From the NCBI GenBank assembly GCA_034669925.1, contig JAXMOM010000005.1, positions 45,345 through 109,344 on the forward strand: a DNA stretch of 64,000 nt, written 5' to 3'. The notes beneath the pieces were generated by a model. It ran no database searches and was not told the origin of the DNA. It saw only the letters and a list, made by a program, of their open reading frames with translations. The DNA comes from Sulfitobacter sp. (GTDB lineage: Bacteria > Pseudomonadota > Alphaproteobacteria > Rhodobacterales > Rhodobacteraceae). Below, piece by piece: positions 48,965-57,906 of this stretch. Positions within the stretch are counted from its first letter, which is position 1, and each line of letters opens with the position of its first letter. Both the position numbers and the translations under genes were made by a program.

Positions 48965-49003
48965 GCCAAAAAAGACGGGGGGTGTTGCTGCCAACACCCC
49001 CCG
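48965..49003 (-). terminator. Rho-independent terminator of the ybbP-like permease operon
   Basis: 11-bp stem GGGGGGTGTTG-ctgc-CAACACCCCCC. On the minus strand it is followed by TCTTTTTTGG. Confidence 0.75.
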
Positions 49004-49028
49004 CCTGAAACGGCAAGTCGTTTCTTCT

Positions 49029-49063
49029 GGCACGGCCATCGGCGTCCCCGCCTGTGCCGTGCC
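49029..49063. other. GC hairpin in the convergent intergenic region
   Basis: GGCACGGC (49029-49036) pairs with GCCGTGCC (49056-49063). Confidence 0.4.
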
Positions 49064-49090
49064 CGATACTCACCCGGAAATGGTTAATAA

Positions 49091-49136
49091 TTCATGTCTT
49101 CTTTTGGCAGGAAATATCCCCGCCGGAGGCATAAAA
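49091..49136 (-). repeat. REP-like repeat, copy f (inverted orientation)
   Basis: The reverse complement reads TTTTATGCCTCCGGCGGGGATATTTCCTGCCAAAAGAAGACATGAA. Its 5' part matches copy c. Confidence 0.65.
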
Positions 49137-49139
49137 GTT

Positions 49140-51668
49140 CTATTCCCGCGCCCGCAGCACATGGGCCGGTCGCGCAGCAAGCGGCCCCCAGGCAAAGGCC
49201 AGCCCCGCCACCAGCGTCGCCACGATGCCGCCCGCGATGATCGCCAGCGCCGAAGGCCAGATCACCTGGTAGCCCGTCTCCATTACGAACCGCGACACCG
49301 CCCAGCCGCCCGCAATACCGGCCCCCAGTGCCACCAGCCCGGCGGCAAGGCCCAGAAGGGCGGCGCGCAGGGCAAAGCTGATCAGGATGCGCTTGCGTGA
49401 GGCACCAAGGGTTTTCAGCACTGCCGCCTCATAGGTGCGCGACTGCGTGCCCGCCGAGGCCGCGCCGATCAGCACCAGAAAGCCGGTCAGCAACGTGGCG
49501 GCCGCCCCGTAAGAGCTGGCGGCGGCGATGCCCGCCAGCACCTCGGCCACGCGGTCGATGGCGTCGCGCACGCGGATCGCGGTGATGTTGGGATAGGCGC
49601 TGCCCAGATCGCGCAGGATCGCCGCTTCGGCTTCGGGTTCGGCGTAGACCGTCGAGATATAGCTGTGCGGTGCGCCCGACAGGGCGGCGGGGTTCATCGT
49701 CATGACAAAGCCGATGCCCGCGTTGGAAAAGTCGACCTCGCGGAACGACGCGATGGTGCCGGTGATCTCGCGGCCCAGCACGTTGATGGTCATGGTGTCG
49801 CCCAGCTTCAGGCCCATTTCCCCGGCTTCTTCGGCGGCAAAGCTGATCAGGGGCGGGCCTGCATAGTCGGGCGCCCACCATTCGCCAGCGGTCAGCGTGG
49901 TGCGGTCCGGCAGGTCGGTGGCATAGGTCACGCCACGGTCGCCGCGTGTGACCCAGTGGTCGCCTGCAACTTCGCGCGCGGGGCGGTCGTTGATGCGGGT
50001 GATCACGCCGCGCAGCATCGGTGCGCTGTCGACGCGCCGCACGGCGGGGTCATTCTTCAGCCGTTCGTTGAAACCGTCCATCTGGTCCTTCTGGATGTCG
50101 ACAAAGAAATAGGACGGCGCAACCTCGGGCAGATTGCCCGCGATGGCATTGCGCAGGTTGCCGTCGATCTGGCCGACGGCGGCCAGCACCGACAGGCCCA
50201 GACCCAACGACAATACGGTCGAGGTCGCGCCTTCGCGCGGGCCGGAAATCGCCGCCAGCGCCCAGCGCAACGCAGGCCGCCCTTGCGCCATGCGCGCGCC
50301 GCGCCGCGAGGTCCAGCGGATCACCCATGCCGACAGCGCCAGCAGCACCAGCGCCCCCGCAATGCCGCCCGCCATCCACAGCGTCAGCCGCCATGTCCCC
50401 GAAAACAGCCCCGCTAGCCCCACCAACAGCGCCAGCCCCACGCCCACGGCGACGACATAGCGGGCTTTGGGAAGCAGGGCCGTGCTGCCAAGCGCGTCGC
50501 GGAACAGGGTCGCGGCGCGCACGTCTTCGGCGCGGGCCAGCGGCCAGAGCGTAAACATGAAGGCTGTCAGCAATCCGTAAATGCCTGCCTCGACCAGCGG
50601 GCGGGGATAGACCGCAATGCTGGCGGGGATCGGCAGGCGCGCCTCGATCAGCGGCGCCAGCAACAGCGGCGCCACCGCGCCCAGCACAAGGCCGATGAAA
50701 ATGCCCAGCAGCGACAGCGCACCGATCTGGATAAAATAGGTTTGGAAAATCGTCGACCGCTCGGCCCCCAGGGTGCGCAGGGTGGCGATCACGCTGGTTT
50801 TCTCAGCCAGATAGGCCCGCACCGCCGCCGACACGCCAACCCCGCCCACGGCCAGACCCGACAGACCGACCAGCACCAGGAACGCGCCCAGCCGTTCGAC
50901 AAACCGCGCCACGCCCGGCGCACCATTGCGCGAATCGCGCCAGCGCATGCCTGCGTCGCCGAACCTGCTCTCAGCCGCCTGCTCCAGCGCCTCAAGGTCC
51001 GCTGTCGGCGGCAGGGTCAGGCGGTACTTGGTGTTGAACAGCGTCCCGGTTTCCAGCAGCCCCGAGTTTTCCAGCGCCTGCGTGCGCACGATGGTGCGCG
51101 GCCCCAGACCAAAGCCTGCTCCGGCGCTGTCAGGTTCGCGGGTCAGCAGGGCGCTCAGGCGAAAATCCTGCGTGCCCAACCGCAGCGTGTCGCCCGTGGT
51201 CAGGCCCAGCCGGTCGGCCAGCACCTGCTCCATGATCGCGCCGGGCAGGCCGTCCTGATCTCCCAGCGCCTGCGCCAGCGGGATCTCGGGGGACAGCCCC
51301 ACGTTGCCGATCAGCGGATAGGCATCGTCGACGCCCTTGACCTGTGTCAGCCCGCGCTCGGACTCTCCATCGCGGTCCACCACCGCCATCGAGCGGAAAT
51401 CGACAACTTGCGAGACGTTCTGCGCAATTTGCGCCATCCACGCGCGTTCGTCCTCGGTGGCAAAACGATAGGTGAAATCCATCTCGGCCTGACCGCCCAA
51501 CAGCGCGGCCCCCTCACGGGTCAGCCCCGCCTCGATGGCCGACCGGACCGAGCCGACGGCGGCGATGGCCGCGACCCCAAGGGCAAGACAGGCCAGGAAA
51601 ATGCGAAAGCCGTGCAAGCCGCCGCGCAGCTCGCGACGGGCCAGGCGGGCAGCAATGCGCAGGCTCAT
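49140..51668 (-). CDS. ABC transporter permease with duplicated FtsX domains (YbbP-like)
   Basis: 842-aa polytopic protein with two MacB/FtsX-type modules. Overlaps the upstream ATPase gene by 4 nt. Confidence 0.88.
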   Translation of the reverse strand: MSLRIAARLARRELRGGLHGFRIFLACLALGVAAIAAVGSVRSAIEAGLTREGAALLGGQAEMDFTYRFATEDERAWMAQIAQNVSQVVDFRSMAVVDRDGESERGLTQVKGVDDAYPLIGNVGLSPEIPLAQALGDQDGLPGAIMEQVLADRLGLTTGDTLRLGTQDFRLSALLTREPDSAGAGFGLGPRTIVRTQALENSGLLETGTLFNTKYRLTLPPTADLEALEQAAESRFGDAGMRWRDSRNGAPGVARFVERLGAFLVLVGLSGLAVGGVGVSAAVRAYLAEKTSVIATLRTLGAERSTIFQTYFIQIGALSLLGIFIGLVLGAVAPLLLAPLIEARLPIPASIAVYPRPLVEAGIYGLLTAFMFTLWPLARAEDVRAATLFRDALGSTALLPKARYVVAVGVGLALLVGLAGLFSGTWRLTLWMAGGIAGALVLLALSAWVIRWTSRRGARMAQGRPALRWALAAISGPREGATSTVLSLGLGLSVLAAVGQIDGNLRNAIAGNLPEVAPSYFFVDIQKDQMDGFNERLKNDPAVRRVDSAPMLRGVITRINDRPAREVAGDHWVTRGDRGVTYATDLPDRTTLTAGEWWAPDYAGPPLISFAAEEAGEMGLKLGDTMTINVLGREITGTIASFREVDFSNAGIGFVMTMNPAALSGAPHSYISTVYAEPEAEAAILRDLGSAYPNITAIRVRDAIDRVAEVLAGIAAASSYGAAATLLTGFLVLIGAASAGTQSRTYEAAVLKTLGASRKRILISFALRAALLGLAAGLVALGAGIAGGWAVSRFVMETGYQVIWPSALAIIAGGIVATLVAGLAFAWGPLAARPAHVLRARE

Positions 51669-52345
51669 GCGTCGGCCTGTGCGATGCGGCCATCCACCAG
51701 CCGCACCACGCGGTCACAGCGTTCGGCCAGCGCGTTCGAATGGGTCACCAGCACCAACGTCGCCCCGTGCCGGTCGCGCAGGTCAAACAGCATGTCCATG
51801 ATCGCGTCGCCGTTGGCCAGATCCAGATTGCCCGTAGGCTCGTCCGCCAGCAGGATACGGGGCCGCGTGACCGACGCGCGCGCCAGCGCCACCCGCTGTT
51901 GTTCGCCCCCCGACATTTGCGACGGATAATGGCCGCTGCGATGGGCCAGACCCACGGTGGCCAGTTCCGCCTCGGCCCGGGCAAAGGCGTCTTTGACACC
52001 GGCCAGTTCCAACGGCGTGGCCACATTTTCCAGCGCGGTCATGGTGGGGATCAGGTGGAAGGACTGGAACACCACACCCATGTTGTCGCGGCGAAAGCGG
52101 GCAAGGGCATCTTCGCCCATCTGCGTCAGATCGTTGCCCAAGGCCATCACGGACCCGCCGGTGGCGCGTTCCAACCCGCCCATCAGCATCAGCAGCGATG
52201 ACTTGCCCGAACCCGACGGGCCAACCAGCCCGACTGTCTCGCCCGCGTCTATATTCAGGTCGATACCGTGCAGAATTTCGATGCGTCCGGCATTGCCATC
52301 CAGCGCCAATGTCGCATTTTCAAGGGTCAGGACTGGATTGGACAT
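51665..52345 (-). CDS. ABC transporter ATP-binding protein (YbbA/LolD-like)
   Basis: Walker [10 protein letters not shown], signature [13 protein letters not shown] and Walker [13 protein letters not shown]. Confidence 0.92.
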   Translation of the reverse strand: MSNPVLTLENATLALDGNAGRIEILHGIDLNIDAGETVGLVGPSGSGKSSLLMLMGGLERATGGSVMALGNDLTQMGEDALARFRRDNMGVVFQSFHLIPTMTALENVATPLELAGVKDAFARAEAELATVGLAHRSGHYPSQMSGGEQQRVALARASVTRPRILLADEPTGNLDLANGDAIMDMLFDLRDRHGATLVLVTHSNALAERCDRVVRLVDGRIAQADA

Positions 52346-52395
52346 GCATACGTGCCTTTATAGGGGGTACGCTTGGATATGGAGGCTGGATCACG

Positions 52396-53034
52396 ATGCG
52401 CAAGGCAATAGTCGGAATTCTTACGGTTTTGTCAGGACCGGCCTGGGCCGACCCGGTGGTGATCGCGGCGCTGGGTGACAGTCTGACCCAAGGCTACGGC
52501 CTGCCGCAAGAGGACGGATTCGTGCCCCAACTGGAAAGCTGGCTGCGCGATCAGGGGGCCGATGTGCAGGTGATGAACGCGGGTGTGTCGGGTGACACCA
52601 CCGCCGGAGGCTTGTCGCGTGCGGCGTGGACGCTGACGCCAGACGTGGACGCGATGATCGTCACGCTGGGCGGAAACGACCTGTTGCGTGGCATTGATCC
52701 GGCAAACAGCCGCGCCAATCTGGACGGTATATTGCAAGCGGCGGCCGATGCAGATGTCAAAGTGCTGCTGGTGGGGATGCAGGCGCCGGGCAACTACGGG
52801 CCCGAATACAAAGCGTCGTTCGATGCGATGTATCCCGAACTGGCCGCTCAATACGGCACGCTTTATGCGCCCAGCTTTTTCGAAGGCATGGGCGGCGCGG
52901 ACACCGATCCCGCAGCGGTGCGCGACCTGATGCAGGCGGACGGGATTCACCCGAATGCGGACGGCGTTCAAAAGGTTGTGGAAGGGCTGGGGCCCCAAGT
53001 GCTGAAGCTGATCGGGCAAGTGCCGTCGGGTTGA
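52396..53034 (+). CDS. SGNH/GDSL arylesterase-thioesterase (TesA-like)
   Basis: Signal peptide, then the GDSLTQGYG block I and the C-terminal DGIHPN block. It is divergent from the ybbA/ybbP-like genes, as in E. coli. Confidence 0.85.
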   Translation: MRKAIVGILTVLSGPAWADPVVIAALGDSLTQGYGLPQEDGFVPQLESWLRDQGADVQVMNAGVSGDTTAGGLSRAAWTLTPDVDAMIVTLGGNDLLRGIDPANSRANLDGILQAAADADVKVLLVGMQAPGNYGPEYKASFDAMYPELAAQYGTLYAPSFFEGMGGADTDPAAVRDLMQADGIHPNADGVQKVVEGLGPQVLKLIGQVPSG

Positions 53035-53141
53035 TTGGGCAGCAGGATAACCCTCTGGTGTCGGATTTCACCGGGGCATTTGCGTAATTCATTGGCGCAG
53101 AATGGGGAAACGGACCTTTGCGAGGATTGCACCGAAGGGCA

Positions 53142-53356
53142 GGAATGAGCCCTTTCCGTATTCCCCCGCGCGGAGTCAAGGCCGCAGGCCGCCGCGCATC
53201 GACGGGCCGCCCCACGGCACGGCGATTTGGTTACTGTTGCGCGTGACGGACAGGTGGGATGTGCTTGGCCGCCATAAAGTGGCATGCACGACGGTCGGAT
53301 CGCCGCACCACGGCCCGACGATGCGCGGCTTCGCACTCCATTTCAAAGGGCAGCTT
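53142..53356 (+). repeat. Unclassified ~215-nt structured repeat, copy 1 (candidate sRNA or mosaic element)
   Basis: About 85% identical, by hand alignment, to 56896-57109. Long-range helix 53191-53209 with 53311-53329. Strand unknown, given as drawn. Confidence 0.6.
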
Positions 53357-53537
53357 TGTTCGCACAGCAGGCATTGCCCCAAGCCGTGCCCAAGGTCCGC
53401 TTTAGGTCAGAAGAGCGTGATGTTTCGGCTGGCATTTCGGGGCGCCGCCCCGTGGCCAGATACAAAAAACCAGCCCCGTTCACCCAAAGAGGCGCCGCGT
53501 TCGACCGTCGGGCCGATACGAACCGCCGGTCGCACAA

Positions 53538-53565
53538 ACAAAAACGGACGCCGAAGCGCCCGTTT
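53538..53565 (-). terminator. Rho-independent terminator of cspA
   Basis: The minus strand reads ACGGGCGC-TTCG-GCGTCCGT followed by TTTTTGTTTG. The G-T wobble forms only on the minus strand. Confidence 0.8.
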
Positions 53566-53589
53566 CATCTATCATATCAACAAAAAGGC

Positions 53590-53796
53590 TTATGCCAGTG
53601 CGATGTTGATCGCGCTTTCGCGGTTGTCGCGGCCATTTTCGATGTCGAAAGTGACTTTTTGGTTGTCGGCCAGACCGGTCAAGCCCGAACGCTCAACAGC
53701 CGAAATGTGCACGAACACATCTTTGCTGCCGCCATCGGGTGCGATAAAGCCGTAGCCTTTTGTTGTGTTGAACCATTTGACGGTGCCAGTAGCCAT
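53590..53796 (-). CDS. cspA: Cold-shock protein (CspA family)
   Basis: 68 aa: [34 protein letters not shown] (RNP1/RNP2). SD GAAGGAG. The longer 147-aa ORF is just an upstream extension. Confidence 0.93.
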   Translation of the reverse strand: MATGTVKWFNTTKGYGFIAPDGGSKDVFVHISAVERSGLTGLADNQKVTFDIENGRDNRESAINIALA

Positions 53797-54055
53797 CGTC
53801 GTACTCCTTCTTAATAACTGCCCACGGAATGCGGCAGGTCGGCAAAGTCTAGACAGATCGAGAGACTGAGCCCGAAAGAGGAGCAGTGTGGTCGATAGGT
53901 GTAACGTCGCAGTACGTATATGCGCATGGTCGGTCTCAAAATCAAGAGAAATCCGACTCTGGGCTGATATGGGCGTTTCCACGCCGAGGGACTGCGATGC
54001 ACTATTTTTGTGCGTCGATCTGGGAATGTCCATCCCCCGACCGTCATTTTTATTT

Positions 54056-54071
54056 TTTACCAGTTGATAAA
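54056..54071. promoter_or_regulatory. RutR-box-like palindrome upstream of preT
   Basis: TTTACCAGTTGATAAA matches 11 of 14 specified positions of TTGACCA-NN-TGGTCAA. It lies 62 nt upstream of ATG 54133 in an AT-rich stretch. Confidence 0.45.
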
Positions 54072-54132
54072 AAAATTATTCCGTGAGAGCGTTTTTGCAA
54101 AGATGACAGCAAAAAGTTGCGGGAGCGTGAAG

Positions 54133-55455
54133 ATGGTTGATGATGTGTTTGCACCGGGGATCAGGGCCGGAAGGCTGGAACGGGGCGCCTATGCGGCGCA
54201 GTTCTCGGACCTGCACCCGCCGTTGGATGGTCACGAGGCGCTGGTGGCCGCCGACCGTTGTTATTTCTGTCACGACGCGCCGTGCATCACCGCCTGTCCC
54301 ACGGACATCGACATTCCGTTGTTCATCCGCCAGATCGCCACGGGCACGCCGGATGCGGCGGCCAAGACGATCCTGGGGCAGAACATCATGGGCGGCATGT
54401 GCGCCCGTGTCTGCCCGACCGAACAGTTGTGCGAACAGTCCTGTGTGCGCGAAGTGGCCGAGGGCAAGCCGGTGCTGATCGGTCAGTTGCAACGCTACGC
54501 GACCGACCATCTGCAACAGCAGGGCATCCATCCCTTCACCCGCGCCGAGGCGACGGGCAAGACCGTCGCGGTTGTCGGTGCCGGGCCTGCGGGTCTGTCC
54601 TGTGCGCACCGGCTGGCGATGCTGGGGCATGACGTTGTGGTTTATGACGCGCGGCCCAAGGCCGGCGGGCTGAACGAATTCGGCATCGCGGCCTACAAGA
54701 CCCCGAACGGCTTTGCGCAGGACGAGGTGGATTGGCTGCTGCAGATCGGCGGCATCCGCATCGAGACGGGCAAGGCGCTGGGGGATGGGCTGACGCTGGA
54801 CGGGCTGAAGGCCGACCATGACGCGGTGTTTCTGGGCATCGGTTTGGGCGGCGTGAACGCACTGGGGGCGCAGGGCGAGGACAAGGACGGCGTGACCGAT
54901 GCCGTTGATTTCATCGCCGAGCTGCGTCAGTCCAGCGACCTGACCGCATTGCCCATTGGCCGCGATGTGGTGGTGATCGGGGGCGGGATGACCGCGATTG
55001 ACGCCGCTGTGCAGGCCAAGCTGCTGGGCGCGCTGAACGTTACGCTGGTCTACCGCCGTGGCCGTGACCGGATGAACGCCAGCCCGTTCGAGCAGGATCT
55101 GGCCGCCAGCAAGGGCGTGCGGATCATCAACCATGCGGTGCCTGTTGCCGTTCATGGCAACGGTGCGGTGCGCGAGATCGAATTTGAATATGTCGACGGC
55201 GATATGAACGGCACCGGCCAGATGCTGCGCCTGCCCGCCGATCAGGTTTTCAAGGCTATCGGCCAGACCCTGCAAGGCGACGGGCTGCCCGATCTGGAAG
55301 GGCGCAAGATCGCCGTGACCGGCGCGGGGCGCACCAGTGTCAAAGGCGTCTGGGCCGGGGGTGACTGTGCCTCGGGCGGGGACGATCTGACGGTGACGGC
55401 CGTGGCAGAAGGCCGCGATGCGGCGATGGACATTCACGCGGCTTTGATGGGCTGA
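54133..55455 (+). CDS. preT: NAD-dependent dihydropyrimidine dehydrogenase subunit PreT (GltD-like)
   Basis: N-terminal Fe-S Cys clusters (CYFCHDAPC...CP, C..CP) and a GAGPAGLSCA FAD/NAD motif. Start at ATG 54133 after GGGAG. Confidence 0.85.
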   Translation: MVDDVFAPGIRAGRLERGAYAAQFSDLHPPLDGHEALVAADRCYFCHDAPCITACPTDIDIPLFIRQIATGTPDAAAKTILGQNIMGGMCARVCPTEQLCEQSCVREVAEGKPVLIGQLQRYATDHLQQQGIHPFTRAEATGKTVAVVGAGPAGLSCAHRLAMLGHDVVVYDARPKAGGLNEFGIAAYKTPNGFAQDEVDWLLQIGGIRIETGKALGDGLTLDGLKADHDAVFLGIGLGGVNALGAQGEDKDGVTDAVDFIAELRQSSDLTALPIGRDVVVIGGGMTAIDAAVQAKLLGALNVTLVYRRGRDRMNASPFEQDLAASKGVRIINHAVPVAVHGNGAVREIEFEYVDGDMNGTGQMLRLPADQVFKAIGQTLQGDGLPDLEGRKIAVTGAGRTSVKGVWAGGDCASGGDDLTVTAVAEGRDAAMDIHAALMG

Positions 55456-55490
55456 CGGCGGGCTGCGGCCCCCTATGAGGAGAACTTACA

Positions 55491-56795
55491 ATGGCAAATC
55501 TGCAAAGCGACTTCGTCGGCATCAAATCCCCCAACCCCTTCTGGCTGGCCTCGGCCCCGCCGACGGACAAGGAATACAACGTCCGCCGCGCCTTTGATGC
55601 GGGCTGGGGTGGTGTGGTTTGGAAGACATTGGGCATGGAAGGCCCGCCTGTCGTCAACGTCAACGGCCCGCGCTATGGCGCGATCTGGGGCGCGGACCGC
55701 CGTCTGCTGGGGCTGAACAACATCGAGCTGATCACCGACCGCCCGCTTGAGGTGAACCTGCGCGAAATGAAGGCGGTCAAACGCGACTATCCCGACCGGG
55801 CGCTGATCGCGTCGATCATGGTGCCTTGCGAGGAAGAAGCGTGGAAGGCGATCCTGCCCCATGTCGAGGAAACCGGCGCCGACGGGATCGAGCTGAACTT
55901 TGGCTGCCCGCACGGCATGGCAGAACGCGGCATGGGCAGCGCCGTGGGGCAGGTGCCCGAATACATCGAAATGGTCACCCGCTGGTGCAAGATGTACACG
56001 CGGATGCCGGTGATCGTGAAGCTGACGCCGAACATCACCAACGTGCTGTACCCGGCCGAAGCGGCCAAGCGCGGCGGGGCCGACGCGGTGTCGCTGATCA
56101 ACACCATCAACTCGATCACATCTGTGAACCTAGACAGCTTTGCCCCCGAACCGATGATCGACGGCAAGGGCACGCACGGCGGCTATTGCGGCCCTGCGGT
56201 CAAGCCGATTGCGCTGAACATGGTGGCCGAAATTGCCCGCAACCCCGCCACAGCCGACATGCCGATCAGCGGCATCGGCGGTGTCACCACATGGCGCGAT
56301 GCGGCCGAGTTCCTGGCGCTGGGTGCCGGCAACGTGCAGGTCTGCACGGCGGTGATGACCTATGGGTTCAAGATCGTTCAGGAAATGATTTCGGGCCTGT
56401 CCGAATACATGGACAGCAAGGGCATGACGTCGGTGGACCAGCTGGTGCGCAAGGCGGTGCCGAATGTGACCGACTGGAACCAATTGAACTTAAACTATGT
56501 CGCCAAGGCCAAGATTGATCAGGACGCCTGTATTTCCTGTGGCCGTTGCTTTGCCGCCTGCGAGGACACCTCGCATCAGGCGATTGCCATGTCCGAGGAT
56601 CGCACGTTCACGGTGATCGACGAGGAATGCGTGGCCTGCAACCTGTGCGTCAACGTCTGCCCGGTCGAGGATTGCATCAGCATGGTGCCGATGGACGCAG
56701 GCACAACCGATCCGCGCACGGGCAAGGTGGTTGATCCGGGCTATGCCAACTGGACGACGCACCCCAACAACCCGTCGGCGACGGTGGCGGAGTAA
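55491..56795 (+). CDS. preA: NAD-dependent dihydropyrimidine dehydrogenase subunit PreA (DHODH-like plus 2x[4Fe-4S])
   Basis: TIM-barrel DHPD/DHOD domain (ELNFGCPHGM) and a C-terminal ferredoxin module (CISCGRCFAACED, CVACNLCVNVCP). Confidence 0.92.
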   Translation: MANLQSDFVGIKSPNPFWLASAPPTDKEYNVRRAFDAGWGGVVWKTLGMEGPPVVNVNGPRYGAIWGADRRLLGLNNIELITDRPLEVNLREMKAVKRDYPDRALIASIMVPCEEEAWKAILPHVEETGADGIELNFGCPHGMAERGMGSAVGQVPEYIEMVTRWCKMYTRMPVIVKLTPNITNVLYPAEAAKRGGADAVSLINTINSITSVNLDSFAPEPMIDGKGTHGGYCGPAVKPIALNMVAEIARNPATADMPISGIGGVTTWRDAAEFLALGAGNVQVCTAVMTYGFKIVQEMISGLSEYMDSKGMTSVDQLVRKAVPNVTDWNQLNLNYVAKAKIDQDACISCGRCFAACEDTSHQAIAMSEDRTFTVIDEECVACNLCVNVCPVEDCISMVPMDAGTTDPRTGKVVDPGYANWTTHPNNPSATVAE

Positions 56796-56895
56796 GCGAT
56801 ACTCTTGCTGTCATAGGTCATGCGAAATTTACCTTTGCGTCAAAGCTGTCCCGAAAGGGACAGCCGGACCTGTGCGGAGATGGCAGTGAATGGCG

Positions 56896-57109
56896 GGAAT
56901 GAGGCCTTTCCGCCTGTCCTCGCGCGGGACAAGGCCGAAGGCCGCCGCGCATCGCCGGGCCGCCCCACGGCACGGCGATTTGGTTTCTGTTGCGCGAGAC
57001 AGTTCGGTCGGATGTGCTTGGCTGCCATAAAGTGCCAGACACTAAGGTCGGATCGCCGTACCTCGGCCCATCGATGCGCGGCTTTGCGTTCTGTTTCAAA
57101 CGGCGGCTT
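56896..57109 (+). repeat. Unclassified ~215-nt structured repeat, copy 2
   Basis: Aligns with 53142-53356. Helix 56944-56962 with 57064-57082. Ends 10 nt from the rutR stop codon. Confidence 0.6.
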
Positions 57110-57118
57110 CGTCAACCC

Positions 57119-57754
57119 TTACGCCGGGGAAGTATTCTGCCCCGGCGTAAGCAGATTGCGAAACATGCTCTGCAGGAATTGCGCCGCGGTGTCGGTCGGT
57201 TCCTGTCCTTCCAGCAACACCTCGATCTGCGCCTGAAAGTCGGCATAGTGCTGTGTGGTGGCCCAGATCGAGAAAATCAGGTGGCGCGGATCGACCTGCG
57301 CCAGTTTGCCCGCGTCCATCCACGCCTGAATCACGCCGCAGCGGGCATCGAACAGCGGCTTGAGGTCGGCGCGCAAATGCGGGTCCATGCGGGGCGCACC
57401 TTGCAGGATTTCGTTGGCGAACAGGCGGCTTTCGCGCGGCAGGTCGCGCGACATTTCCAGCTTGCGTTGCACATAGGCCAGTATTTCGGTCAGCGGGTCG
57501 CCCTGGGGGTCCAGTTCGATCAGCGGGTCGAGCCATGTTTCCATCAACTGGCTGAGCAGGGTGACGTGAATTTCTTCTTTTCCGTCAAAGTAATACAGGA
57601 TGTTCGGCTTGCTAAGCCCGGCCTGTTCGGCGATCTGGTCCAGCGTGGCACCCCGAAAGCCGTGGGCCGAGAAAACATCAAGGGCAGCGTCCAGAATTTT
57701 GCGCCGGTTGCGCTGTTGGATGCGGCTGGGTTTCTTCTGGGTCTGATCTGCCAA
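57119..57754 (-). CDS. rutR: TetR family regulator, RutR-type pyrimidine utilisation repressor
   Basis: HTH LDQIAEQAGLSKPNILYYF, and a C-terminal HLIFSIWATTQHYADF that closely resembles E. coli RutR as I recall it. Confidence 0.8.
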   Translation of the reverse strand: MADQTQKKPSRIQQRNRRKILDAALDVFSAHGFRGATLDQIAEQAGLSKPNILYYFDGKEEIHVTLLSQLMETWLDPLIELDPQGDPLTEILAYVQRKLEMSRDLPRESRLFANEILQGAPRMDPHLRADLKPLFDARCGVIQAWMDAGKLAQVDPRHLIFSIWATTQHYADFQAQIEVLLEGQEPTDTAAQFLQSMFRNLLTPGQNTSPA

Positions 57755-57857
57755 ATTCCCTGCCTTTCGCGTGCTGCAATTTCAGGCAAATGCGCAAGGG
57801 ATGCGCACTGCGTCTCAGTCAGTTCTTGACTCAAAAGGTGCAGAGCGCAATCGTGTA

Positions 57858-57873
57858 TTTACCAAATGGTCAA
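57858..57873. promoter_or_regulatory. RutR-box palindrome in the rutR/amidohydrolase divergent region
   Basis: TTTACCAAATGGTCAA matches 13 of 14 positions of TTGACCA-NN-TGGTCAA. It lies 34 nt upstream of ATG 57907. Confidence 0.6.
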
Positions 57874-57906
57874 AAACAAGCGCCGCAGAGCGCGAAGGGG
57901 AGAGAT

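Noticed and set aside
53191-53329. Retron-like msr/msd or MITE interpretation of the 19-nt inverted arms in the structured repeat.
   Set aside because: No reverse transcriptase, transposase or TnpB gene is nearby. Similarity between the copies extends beyond the inverted arms, so the arms are internal helices rather than element termini.
53176-53382. Small ORFs covering the two structured repeats (53176..53382 -, 56818..57099 -, 53102..53755 +, 56820..57236 +) that share peptide-level similarity such as AKPRI.GP..GDPT and NQIAVPWGGP.MRGGLRP.
   Set aside because: Substitutions between the two DNA copies are spread evenly over the codon positions (8/9/9 by my count). The ORFs differ in length and end points, have no SD, and are conserved in several frames at once. 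That pattern is what nucleotide-level conservation produces, not protein-level conservation.
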